Positions 16,296 to 24,830 of a stretch of DNA of 27,927 nt are shown here, piece by piece. The stretch's first letter is position 1. Each line of letters opens with the position of its first letter. Origin of the DNA: a virus. Its lineage: Duplodnaviria > Caudoviricetes. The translations under genes and the position numbers were made by a program. The notes below the pieces were generated by a model that saw nothing but the letters and a program-made list of their open reading frames with translations, was not told the origin of the DNA and searched no databases. The stretch is from the IMG/VR virus record IMGVR_UViG_3300047375_000098, positions 1 through 27,927 of that record; one strand, 5' to 3'.

Positions 16296-18281
16296 TTATC
16301 GGATTGGGCAAGCACCTGTTGCACATTCATCATCAGTTAATTCATCAAATGAGTTTGCGTTCTCAATATCTACGGGTGCTAGTTTTGATACATATTCATC
16401 GTATACTTCTTTAGATACGACATCTTGAGGTAGGTAGGCATAGCCTAAGTCTTCAGCAGTTTTAGTTGGGTCGTTCCTGTAGATGAATGATACACCTACA
16501 TAGCTGTCCCAGTTATTCATAATCCAATCAATCATACTTGGGATTTCATCAGGAGAATAACTAATGGTTACTGAACAATTATGGTCTACATAATTATCCA
16601 TCATTAGTTTGTATCTATCTAATTGCTGTACTGCAGTTTCGAGATTTACAAACTTACCATCAACTTCATCAAACCTAACATCGTCATATGATACAGGGAA
16701 TGTAATCAATACGCTGTCAGGTTCGAATGGTTTCTCAATTACCTTGTATCCAGCATTAGTCATGATGGGTACGATAGGGTCATGCTTAGAGAAAGTAACA
16801 TTGTTAAACAGATACTTACCTAATGGTCGATGCACTCCTTCCGTAGTCGACATGATTTTTGACAACGTTCCCGAAGGTTTTATGGTTGATACAAGTTTAG
16901 CTCTAGGTAGTCCTAGTTCATCCGCAATACTGTTAGCTCCTAGTCTTGCTTGAGCCTGTAGTGTCTTGAGCATACTCTCGACATTCATGTACATATATTC
17001 TTGATGGTCTAACCATTTAACAATACCTGTAGCACCGACACCACATAGACGTAAGAATTCATTTAGCTCATGCCATGAACGCTGTAAGATACCGTCATCT
17101 AAATTCACACAAGTCTGCCGATAGTTTGCTCTAGCTGACATATAAACAGCACGTTTCAAACCTTCGAAGTCATCAAGGAATTTACCCCAATCAATCTCAA
17201 CTAGGTTACAGAAACTCTTATTACCTAAGAGTATCTCCGCGCATGGGTTAACTCCTTTAAAATGTGGAGCGCGTTTGAGTGCGGCTTCAGCATTAATGAA
17301 TGCAGGTTCTGAACCACCAGCATCAACCATACGGTCAAAGATATATGCTATCTCCCACTTGGTAGGCTTCTTAAAGAATAACAATGAGTTGTTAGATTGT
17401 TGTCTGTGTGCATTGTCATGTAACCAGAAATCTTTCTTAGCTGATATAAACTCATCAACTTCGATATCATCTACAGGCATCACTGCGATTTCTGCAGAAC
17501 GTCTTGAAGACAATGTAGTTCCCATATGGTTAAGCAAGTCTAAGATATCCATACGTGTTAGTAATTGACCAGCACGTTTGTTCATCATGTTACATATCTT
17601 TTCTAGTGCTATGTGTAATGTATCATCGCCAGAACTAATCCAGCCATAACCTTTTAGCCTAGTACCTGCAGGTCTGATTTCAGTGTAATCTAATATCAAC
17701 CTATCGATAGGGTCTTTCAGTGCCATGATTTTACCTAGAGCTTTAGCCCAAGCCCTCGCACTATCACCGATAGTTATCTTATAGATACGATAGCCTTCTT
17801 CAGTAACCCGTAGTTCTGTTTTGTTATCTTCAGCACCACGGTCTGTCCTTGTCGAACGAAACGTTTCTACCTCGATGTGCTTTGCAAAGCCATTAAGTGT
17901 ACCAACGATAGGTTCAAAGCCAACACCACAGCCTTGTAGTAGTAACCAGAATGCATCCACTACATCGTGGACTGTTTCTATTCTACCAAAGCTACAGTTA
18001 AATTGAGATGCTTCATGCTTCTTAGCTACATCAGTTCCACCGAGCCATAAGGTACGGCCTGATGTTGTAGCTTTCCTAGACATCATTAGTTCTCTGAATT
18101 CATTAAGCTCACCAGTTTCACCTTGGTTAAGCTTCTCACCTTTACTGCGTTCCCATAACCATTCTTGGTGGTTGATTACACGGTCAACTGTTTGCTCCCA
18201 TGTTTCAAACACTGTGCCTTCATCGTTGAGGGGTCTATTATATGTACGTCTTGTTACAACGTCAGCTCTTATATCTTTCAT
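16296..18281 (-). CDS. nrdJ: Class II (adenosylcobalamin-dependent, monomeric RTPR-type) ribonucleotide reductase
   Basis: GRTLW, FNCSF, GCGVGF, NPCAEI, FCNLVE, TIKPSGT and C-terminal CATGACPIR redox pair; no class I beta subunit in the window. Confidence 0.9.
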   Translation of the reverse strand: MKDIRADVVTRRTYNRPLNDEGTVFETWEQTVDRVINHQEWLWERSKGEKLNQGETGELNEFRELMMSRKATTSGRTLWLGGTDVAKKHEASQFNCSFGRIETVHDVVDAFWLLLQGCGVGFEPIVGTLNGFAKHIEVETFRSTRTDRGAEDNKTELRVTEEGYRIYKITIGDSARAWAKALGKIMALKDPIDRLILDYTEIRPAGTRLKGYGWISSGDDTLHIALEKICNMMNKRAGQLLTRMDILDLLNHMGTTLSSRRSAEIAVMPVDDIEVDEFISAKKDFWLHDNAHRQQSNNSLLFFKKPTKWEIAYIFDRMVDAGGSEPAFINAEAALKRAPHFKGVNPCAEILLGNKSFCNLVEIDWGKFLDDFEGLKRAVYMSARANYRQTCVNLDDGILQRSWHELNEFLRLCGVGATGIVKWLDHQEYMYMNVESMLKTLQAQARLGANSIADELGLPRAKLVSTIKPSGTLSKIMSTTEGVHRPLGKYLFNNVTFSKHDPIVPIMTNAGYKVIEKPFEPDSVLITFPVSYDDVRFDEVDGKFVNLETAVQQLDRYKLMMDNYVDHNCSVTISYSPDEIPSMIDWIMNNWDSYVGVSFIYRNDPTKTAEDLGYAYLPQDVVSKEVYDEYVSKLAPVDIENANSFDELTDDECATGACPIR

Positions 18282-18604
18282 CTGTTATCACCATTTCCTT
18301 TTAGCACCCCTCGCTCTTGGCGGTCTGCTAACTTGCTCAAATTTTTTTCGGCTAATACTTGTAGGGTTGTATTGTGTACCCGTGCCAATTCACTGACAAA
18401 CCAGAGTACATCTCCTAGTTCGTCTAAGACTTCAGCCCTTGGGTACACGCCATCCTTGCGGTAATACTTAGCGACCTTACCGTTCAGCTCACCAACCTCA
18501 GATGATAAGCCAAGTGTTAAATATTCTAGTGCGTGTTTAGTTGGATACACGGCTGTCTTCTCAGCACCATCTTGGTACTGATTAAGCGTTAATTCTTTTG
18601 TCAT
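18278..18604 (-). CDS. mazG: MazG-like nucleotide pyrophosphohydrolase
   Basis: LGLSSEVGE...DELGDVLWF and C-terminal KLADRQERGVLKGNGDNR. Confidence 0.9.
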   Translation of the reverse strand: MTKELTLNQYQDGAEKTAVYPTKHALEYLTLGLSSEVGELNGKVAKYYRKDGVYPRAEVLDELGDVLWFVSELARVHNTTLQVLAEKNLSKLADRQERGVLKGNGDNR

Positions 18605-18834
18605 TATTTGCTCACGTATTGTTTAAGTTCTGTGTAGCCACCAACATGAACGCCAGTGTCTGTGAATATTTGTGGAACGTGGGTTTCACTTGTCATTAAG
18701 AGGAGTGTCTTTAGCCACGGTTCTTCTTCGAGATATGTAACCTCGAAGGGAATGTCTTCTCGTTCGAGAAGGTTGATTGCTTCTTTACAGAATGTACAAG
18801 AATGGGTTGATACAACGTGGTACTTACCACTCAT
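18604..18834 (-). CDS. Glutaredoxin / NrdH-like redoxin
   Basis: CTFC active site, VPQIF, VGGYTEL. Confidence 0.9.
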   Translation of the reverse strand: MSGKYHVVSTHSCTFCKEAINLLEREDIPFEVTYLEEEPWLKTLLLMTSETHVPQIFTDTGVHVGGYTELKQYVSK

Positions 18835-19076
18835 AACTCACTCATACCTGTAAGAAGATTAAGCCGCATCTCAGCGTACCTAATCACCTTATATAAATCT
18901 GTAGCTTCGCTATCTTGTGGGGTCATACCATCATACTGTTTATGCCCAGCGCGTACAGCATACTTAACAATGTTACCTACATGAAAAGGTAAGTCGTTAC
19001 GCATTATGAATTCGATAGGTTCAATTACATACTGAGTATAATGGGCAGGTTTATTTACTAGGTCGGGGGTGTCCAT
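18831..19076 (-). CDS. DUF3310-family protein (related to T7 gp1.7-type nucleotide kinase)
   Basis: DLVNKPAHY...IEPIEFI...FHVGNIVKYAVRAGHK pattern. Confidence 0.8.
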   Translation of the reverse strand: MDTPDLVNKPAHYTQYVIEPIEFIMRNDLPFHVGNIVKYAVRAGHKQYDGMTPQDSEATDLYKVIRYAEMRLNLLTGMSEL

Positions 19077-19795
19077 AGGATTACCTTTCTTGTTTTGAAA
19101 TCGTAGTTGTCTGAACGGCAGATACGAGCGACACGCGCTTGTGTAAGTGCAACCGATTCATTGAGGTTTTGTTTTGCATATGCTTTGACAACTGCGTCCC
19201 ACATCTCAGTTATGGTTTCACAACCATCGAGAATTTTTTCTGCAGTTTTAATGCCACATCTAGGTAGACCCTTGTAGCCATCGACAGCATCACCTGTCAG
19301 TGTCTGAACCATATGAAAGTAATCAGCTTCACGAACGGATACTATGCGTATCCTCTCGTCTTTAGCTGGGTTGTAAAGGTGACAGGGTATTGTGTTTAAG
19401 TCTTTATCTTCTGACACAACAATACAGTCTGGTTCATTGGTTGCAGTAATACCTAATAGGTCATCTGCTTCCATAGTATCTACCATGATACCATCCATCT
19501 CAGTCATAATATATTCACGTAAAGCTTTTAGTATTAGAGGCTTACGTGTATTCTTACGATTAGACTTATAGTCAGGCAGAACATCTTTACGCCAGTTATC
19601 AGTATGGGTCAGATACATAACAACCTCACCTTCACCTAGATGATTAGTCACTTGGTGAATGTAGTTCTTTATATAATCTATACCCTCATGTTCATAGGCG
19701 TGTAGTGTCCACATACCATCGCCCCAATCAATAGGACGCTCAACACTTGAGGCCGCTTTGAATGCAACAATGTCTGCATCTATTAAATACTTCAT
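19058..19795 (-). CDS. gp6: 5'-3' exonuclease, T7 gp6-like
   Basis: LIDADIVAF; WRKDVLPDYKSNR; MEADD; DKDL; LTGDAVDGYKGLPRCGIKTA. Confidence 0.95.
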   Translation of the reverse strand: MKYLIDADIVAFKAASSVERPIDWGDGMWTLHAYEHEGIDYIKNYIHQVTNHLGEGEVVMYLTHTDNWRKDVLPDYKSNRKNTRKPLILKALREYIMTEMDGIMVDTMEADDLLGITATNEPDCIVVSEDKDLNTIPCHLYNPAKDERIRIVSVREADYFHMVQTLTGDAVDGYKGLPRCGIKTAEKILDGCETITEMWDAVVKAYAKQNLNESVALTQARVARICRSDNYDFKTRKVILWTPPT

Positions 19796-19992
19796 TGTAT
19801 CTTACCCCCATCGAATGCCATTAGATCAGCGTTAGTTTTTTCTTTGGGTGACATAACAGCTAAACAGATGAGTGCCGCATCATGAACTATGTTCTTCATG
19901 GCTTCGTCTTCAACACTGTCGTGGGATGTAGCTAGTGCAACAATGCATTGTGACATTGATGTAAATACTACTAGGTCTTTATCATTGATCAT
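19792..19992 (-). CDS. Hypothetical protein, 66 aa
   Basis: Fills the gap between thyX and exonuclease with short overlaps at both ends (ATGA coupling to the exonuclease). Confidence 0.7.
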   Translation of the reverse strand: MINDKDLVVFTSMSQCIVALATSHDSVEDEAMKNIVHDAALICLAVMSPKEKTNADLMAFDGGKIQ

Positions 19993-20623
19993 GAGTTAAC
20001 GCCTTCCATGAGATTGGGTAGAGAGCTTCCATTTGTTCACCGAGTAGTTCAGCAAAGTCTCTAGTTTCTTTTTGTGTGTCGGGTTTAATTCTAAGATTGT
20101 AGACGCGAGACCAAAACAATAATGAACCTGTCCAGACCCACTCCGTGACTGCCCCCTGTGGAAGGATTGCCCTTGCTTGTTCGGCACAAATTCCAACAGC
20201 TATCATCTTGTTATATGTAGCAATCGCATCGATGCAGATGTCGTGGTAATCTTCAACGAATTCATCTGAACGTCTGTGTGGTTCTGAACTAGAACCTTGC
20301 TTCACATCGTCTGCGCCAGCTCTAAAGAACTCTGGCTTCCAGTAGATAGGATTAGATTTTATGTACCGTCTACTAACTTCATTCCATGTTCCACCGACTT
20401 GGTGTTTTGCAAGTTGTCTGCTAACAAAGATAGGAGCTGTACATCTGAATGTAGCTACTGGATGTGAGAAGGGATGGTAATGTTTTTCCCTAGCTAGAAA
20501 GTTTATAAGTCTTTCGTTTTGGTTGTCACCGTATTGGTCGGCTTGTTTGTTAAACGATACACGGGCGGCATCTGTCACAAGGTTATCACAACCCATGTGG
20601 GTCATATAAGATACATCAATCAT
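19982..20623 (-). CDS. thyX: Flavin-dependent thymidylate synthase ThyX
   Basis: AARVSF; HYHPFSH; PIFVSRQLAKHQVG..WNEVSRRY; EQARAILPQ; TQKETR. Confidence 0.93.
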   Translation of the reverse strand: MIDVSYMTHMGCDNLVTDAARVSFNKQADQYGDNQNERLINFLAREKHYHPFSHPVATFRCTAPIFVSRQLAKHQVGGTWNEVSRRYIKSNPIYWKPEFFRAGADDVKQGSSSEPHRRSDEFVEDYHDICIDAIATYNKMIAVGICAEQARAILPQGAVTEWVWTGSLLFWSRVYNLRIKPDTQKETRDFAELLGEQMEALYPISWKALTHDQ

Positions 20624-20631
20624 AGTAATCC

Positions 20632-21033
20632 TTAATGGTTAGTTTTAATGAAATTAGGGTCGTTGGTTGTGTGAACTTCACGGTGGCAGTTAGCACATAG
20701 AAGAAAGCATTTATCTGCTTCAGCTAACAAAGCACTCATAGACCTTTGCATATTATTCTGACTTACTCCGAATAGTTTTTGAGTATGGTCAAAGTGGTGA
20801 AAGTCAAAGACATTCTCATGGAATGTATTGAAGCACCGTTCGCACTCGCCGCCTTTATAGGCGACAAGTAATCTCTTTCTTTCACGCACTTTCTCTCGCA
20901 CCTGTATTGAACGTGGATTGCTAGTGTGTGTCTGCCCAATTATTGCCGACTTTGTATTCTCCTGTAATTGGCACTCTGAACTTGAAGTGTTCTCCAGCTT
21001 GTTGAAAAGATTTAACTGCTTGCTTTCCGACAT
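20632..21033 (-). CDS. Free-standing HNH (putative homing) endonuclease
   Basis: YKGGECERC...FDFHH...KCFLLCANCHREVH zinc/HNH pattern; GAGGAG 10 nt upstream of the ATG, inside the polymerase gene. Confidence 0.8.
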   Translation of the reverse strand: MSESKQLNLFNKLENTSSSECQLQENTKSAIIGQTHTSNPRSIQVREKVRERKRLLVAYKGGECERCFNTFHENVFDFHHFDHTQKLFGVSQNNMQRSMSALLAEADKCFLLCANCHREVHTTNDPNFIKTNH

Positions 21034-22705
21034 GATCAGCTATCTCCTCTCTTGCTATAAGTTGAACTTCATCGTGGACGTGAGCGACTTGCGCCCAATC
21101 CTTGCCCCATGTGTAACCGTTACTGGTTAGATTTTCATAAAGGATTACTGTGGCTTGCTTTGCGATTAGCGAGCCAGCCCCTTGTAACAAGGTGTTGAGG
21201 CAACTATGCGTGGAGCGTACTGGTAAGATACGTTTATCCAAACCAACTAGGTGACCTTTAGTTTTAGCTGATCTGGTTACAGCGTCTTTAAGTAGCTTGA
21301 GGGCAGGGGTTGCTTTCATGAACTTATCAATCAAACGCTTACCGTCCTTCTCACTACCGCCAACTATAGAACCAATCTTTGCAGAACCTGCCCCGTAGAT
21401 GAAAGCATACGCAAATACTTTCGATTGATTACGTGAACTCAAACCAGCACTCTTCATATTTAGTGTATGCACGTCACCATTGATGACGACATCACCGTAA
21501 GCACCGTCATCAAACTTAGCCATGAAGTGCGCTAATACTCTTAGTTCCAATCCCGACAAGTCTGCTCCCACAAGTTTGTAGCCAGATGGTGCATGGAATA
21601 AGGCTCTGCAATCTGTACCGTATGGAGCTGATACGCTAGGACACTGAGCAATGTTTGGTCGATTGTGTGTACAGCGTCCCGTGCTTGCTCCATTAGTATT
21701 AACTTGTCCATGTATCTTTCCATTCACTTGTCTCTTCAGCCAGCCATTAGCACCTGTAGCTAACTGACCGATACGCTTGTTGATAAGGAGATACTCATTG
21801 AGTACGACTGCTTCATCGTAATCTAATTCTTTGAGTACGCTCTCATCGACTTGTGGTTTGCCTTGGGCTGTAAACTTCTCAGGCTTCCAACCTCGTAACA
21901 CTTGCAATCTGTCTGCTATATGGTCACGGGATGCAGGGTTAAATACAATCGTCTTAACCTTGTAGGTCAGTTCACCTTTAACATAACCACGGGTCTTGTT
22001 GTTTACCTTTGGTACGAATGGTGTCTTGATTTCCCAAGGTGGAAAGACTTCTTGTAGTGTTGTCTCTAACTCTGCCTGTCGCATCTGTAGTTTCTGCAAC
22101 AGTTTGTTAGCGGCTGATACATCAAAGTTAAAACCTTGTCGCTCTTGCTTACGAATGACGTGAGCGAAATCATGCTCAAGCTTTATACTTTGAGGGCTTG
22201 GGTTCTTAGACATAATAAACTTATAGAATGTCAGGTTAGCTTTAGTATCTTGGACGCAATAGGTCTGCATTTCTTCAGACCATTCAGCCCAGCCACCATC
22301 ATACTCTATCTTATTATCACCTAACCTAAGACCCCACGCTTTAAGCGAGTGGCTACCTATTAGATTTCTAGGGAAGTCTAAGTTCTTCTTAATGTAATTG
22401 AAGTCATTGTTTTTAAGATCAGACCAGACGAGACGGGACATCAATAACGTGTCATGTATCTCACCTTCATATACAAATCCAAACAACTTCTCTAATGCAG
22501 GGAAGTCAAACCCTTGGATGTTGTGACCTGCAAGTAACTCCGCATTCTCAAGATAAGCCATACCATCTGCAATAGATGTATATCCTTCCTGATCTGCACA
22601 GCTTAATACTTCTTCAGTATCCATATCTAATAACACAAGGCTATGGCATACTGTTAGGTCTGGTACTAGACCATCTGTTTCGATGTCAAACATAATACGT
22701 TTCAT
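20921..22705 (-). CDS. gp5: DNA polymerase, family A with 3'-5' exonuclease, T7 gp5-like
   Basis: FDIET, HNIQGFD, YCVQD exonuclease motifs; DLSGLELR (A), KVFAYAFIYG (B), HVHDEVQ (C); ends NWADTH. Confidence 0.97.
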   Translation of the reverse strand: MKRIMFDIETDGLVPDLTVCHSLVLLDMDTEEVLSCADQEGYTSIADGMAYLENAELLAGHNIQGFDFPALEKLFGFVYEGEIHDTLLMSRLVWSDLKNNDFNYIKKNLDFPRNLIGSHSLKAWGLRLGDNKIEYDGGWAEWSEEMQTYCVQDTKANLTFYKFIMSKNPSPQSIKLEHDFAHVIRKQERQGFNFDVSAANKLLQKLQMRQAELETTLQEVFPPWEIKTPFVPKVNNKTRGYVKGELTYKVKTIVFNPASRDHIADRLQVLRGWKPEKFTAQGKPQVDESVLKELDYDEAVVLNEYLLINKRIGQLATGANGWLKRQVNGKIHGQVNTNGASTGRCTHNRPNIAQCPSVSAPYGTDCRALFHAPSGYKLVGADLSGLELRVLAHFMAKFDDGAYGDVVINGDVHTLNMKSAGLSSRNQSKVFAYAFIYGAGSAKIGSIVGGSEKDGKRLIDKFMKATPALKLLKDAVTRSAKTKGHLVGLDKRILPVRSTHSCLNTLLQGAGSLIAKQATVILYENLTSNGYTWGKDWAQVAHVHDEVQLIAREEIADHVGKQAVKSFQQAGEHFKFRVPITGEYKVGNNWADTH

Positions 22706-22735
22706 GATGCTGTCCCTCTCGACTAGCTAGTTAAA

Positions 22736-24361
22736 TTAAAAATCATCTTCATCACCCCCGAAGTCGGGAGCGTTGTCTGGGTTCTGGGTTTCAATCATAC
22801 GTCCAGTTTCTTTGTTGTAGTTTAGGTAACAACCTATGCCTGTCTCTCCGCTGTAGCGGTTCTTGAGAACTCTCACGGTAGTAGTGTTTGGGTTGTCACC
22901 TTGTTGGTCTCGCTCTACTGAGATAACCATATCGCTTAACTGTGCGATTGCGGCTGAACCACGTAGGGAATTGAGGGTAACTTCTTTACCATTCTCCCAA
23001 CCTTGTTCACCTGCAGGTCTGCGTAAATGACTGACTAAGATAAGTCCGATGCCTGTCTCTTCTACAAGAGAACGTAGCTTCGTCATTATAACATCGATAG
23101 CTTTCCGCTCATCACCATCATCAATACCTGAAACAATAATGCTGAGATGATCGATGATAATCCAGCTAGTGCCACAAGATTTCGCAAGGTATCTGACCTG
23201 CTCCATGAGCTTATCCGTAGACATAGAGCCGAAAGAATCGTAGAGGAAAACACGACCATTGCCAACGGTAGTATCGAAAGCAGTTTTAAGAGTATCATTT
23301 GATATTCCTTCCTGAGTTAAATGAAGAGGTACATCTATAGCCAGACCCATTAGAGAGATTGCTGTATGCTTACAGTTTTCTTCTAAAGCGATATAACCTA
23401 ATGTCTCTTCCTGTTTAATTAAGTGGTATGCAATTTCTCTACATACCTGTGACTTCCCAACCCCAGAACCTGCAGTAATAGTTACAAGTTCACCACGTCT
23501 TATACCTCTAGTCTTTTCATTGAGACCATCGAACGGGTAGGGTACGGATTGGGTATTGTCTGGTGTAGAAACTAATTCCCACATATCCACACCAGCTATG
23601 ATGCCATCAGGTCTATAGGGTTTAGCTTCCCACATAGCCTCTAGCATCTGCTTAGTCTTGCCTTTCACTAGCATATCACTAGCGTCTTTCTCAGGTAACG
23701 TAGCAATGTGTGCCTTAGATGGTGATAATAACTTAGCCACATCAAGGCTTGCTTTCCTACCGTGTTCATCGTTGTCGAACATGAGAACAACACGGTCAAA
23801 TGACTCAACAAAATCTAAAGAATTCTGTACAGCTTTGACTGCATTGCCAGCTCCTGACGGTAAACTACATACAGGAAAACGATTACCTTGTGCTTGGGAA
23901 AGTGAAAGCGTGTCCAGCTCACCCTCGGTTAGGCAAAGCATAGCACCACCACCTTTAAAAAGATGTTGTCCGTACAACCCTGCATTCTTTGCATCACCTA
24001 AGAATTTAAAAGACTTGTCAGCGAAGCGTATCTTCTGAGCTACGACTTCACCGTCCTTCTTATAGTTAGCAACCTGCACAGGCTGGCCTTTGTATTCACT
24101 AATAGTATAGCTATACTTCTTACAGGTTTCTTCAGTTAGCTTACGTTTAGCAAGTGAACCTGATTGACCTGTAGGAATAAGACCGAACGTTGGTTTAGAT
24201 TGTACGAATTCTGTTTGCATCTTGGCATCATCCTTAAAAAATTTTTGGCAAGAAAAGCACCAGCTTCCACCGTCACTATAAACTGCACGGGCATCGCTAC
24301 TGCCACATTCACACGACGTATGGTAAAGTAATGAACTATCGTTCGAGCTGGTACTCTGCAT
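22736..24361 (-). CDS. gp4: Primase-helicase, T7 gp4-like
   Basis: Zn finger CEC...CFSC; TEGELD, FDNDEHG and KDASD (TOPRIM); GSGVGKS, IDHL, LRGSAAIAQLSD, KNRYSGETG (DnaB-like). Start at 24361 is preferred over 24373 because GGAG lies 6 nt upstream. Confidence 0.96.
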   Translation of the reverse strand: MQSTSSNDSSLLYHTSCECGSSDARAVYSDGGSWCFSCQKFFKDDAKMQTEFVQSKPTFGLIPTGQSGSLAKRKLTEETCKKYSYTISEYKGQPVQVANYKKDGEVVAQKIRFADKSFKFLGDAKNAGLYGQHLFKGGGAMLCLTEGELDTLSLSQAQGNRFPVCSLPSGAGNAVKAVQNSLDFVESFDRVVLMFDNDEHGRKASLDVAKLLSPSKAHIATLPEKDASDMLVKGKTKQMLEAMWEAKPYRPDGIIAGVDMWELVSTPDNTQSVPYPFDGLNEKTRGIRRGELVTITAGSGVGKSQVCREIAYHLIKQEETLGYIALEENCKHTAISLMGLAIDVPLHLTQEGISNDTLKTAFDTTVGNGRVFLYDSFGSMSTDKLMEQVRYLAKSCGTSWIIIDHLSIIVSGIDDGDERKAIDVIMTKLRSLVEETGIGLILVSHLRRPAGEQGWENGKEVTLNSLRGSAAIAQLSDMVISVERDQQGDNPNTTTVRVLKNRYSGETGIGCYLNYNKETGRMIETQNPDNAPDFGGDEDDF

Positions 24362-24533
24362 ATTTCGCTCCATTAGGTGCGCGTTTCATTAAGGTTGTGA
24401 TATCCAAACCACGTTGTCGTAGTCTGTGTATCTCTGCGGCTAATCGCCAGACGCTATAGTTTGACATAGCTTCTAACGGTGAGATTGTGCCGTACTTTTT
24501 TAGGTGGTCTTTAATCTGTGTAGTCTTATTCAT
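24336..24533 (-). CDS. Small winged helix-turn-helix protein (HTH_39-like)
   Basis: QIKDHLKKYGTISPLEA...RLAAEIHRLRQRGLDI...AEYQL; AGGAG RBS. Confidence 0.8.
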   Translation of the reverse strand: MNKTTQIKDHLKKYGTISPLEAMSNYSVWRLAAEIHRLRQRGLDITTLMKRAPNGAKYAEYQLER

Positions 24534-24542
24534 AGTAGTCTC

Positions 24543-24761
24543 CTAGTTGTCAGGATTTCGGGGATTGCCTAGTGCATCTAATAGTGTGAACCAGACATCG
24601 AGTGCGGCCTCGACAGGCCATAAGAAAAAGATAAACAACCAGCTACGTAAGGCTAAGTCTTGATCTTCTTCTAGCTCCATACTGACTTGCCGTGTTAATA
24701 GAACACCGCCAAGAAAGTAGAGTAGCATTGTAATTAGAATTAGAATTGTTGTGAGTGACAT
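24543..24761 (-). CDS. Small membrane protein, ~72 aa, two hydrophobic segments
   Basis: Start moved to ATG 24761 (GGAG 5 nt upstream); hydrophobic stretches ILILITMLLYFLGGVLL and WLFIFFLWPVEAALDVWFTLL. Confidence 0.7.
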   Translation of the reverse strand: MSLTTILILITMLLYFLGGVLLTRQVSMELEEDQDLALRSWLFIFFLWPVEAALDVWFTLLDALGNPRNPDN

Positions 24762-24774
24762 TATGTCTCCAGAT

Positions 24775-24805
24775 AAAAAAGACCCCACGCGAAAAGCGTG
24801 AGGCC
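24775..24805 (-). terminator. Intrinsic terminator
   Basis: GGCCTCACGC-TTTTC-GCGTGGGGTC (10 bp, two G-U pairs) followed by T6. Confidence 0.85.
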
Positions 24806-24830
24806 AGTTGGGAGGAAAATATTAAAATGC
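24775..24830 (-). ncRNA. Candidate 56-nt small RNA, suhB/MmgR (alpha-r8)-like, with anti-SD core
   Basis: Bounded by a phage promoter +1 and a terminator; GCAUUUUAAUAUUUUCCUCCCAACUGGCC...hairpin-U6; the UUUCCUCCC-(N)ACU-hairpin layout matches my recollection of the alpha-r8 core. Confidence 0.5.

Noticed and set aside
19142-19159. Promoter-like GAATCGGTTGCACTTACA inside the exonuclease gene
   Set aside because: Core GGTTGCACT matches but the initiation region does not; explained by the codons for SVAL
16296-22705. Intron or intein in RNR or DNA polymerase associated with the HNH gene
   Set aside because: Both genes are uninterrupted, of normal or short length, with intact C-termini
22722-22731. 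Perfect 10-bp palindrome ACTAGCTAGT between helicase and polymerase
   Set aside because: Single short occurrence, expected by chance in 28 kb; could be an HTH operator but nothing supports it
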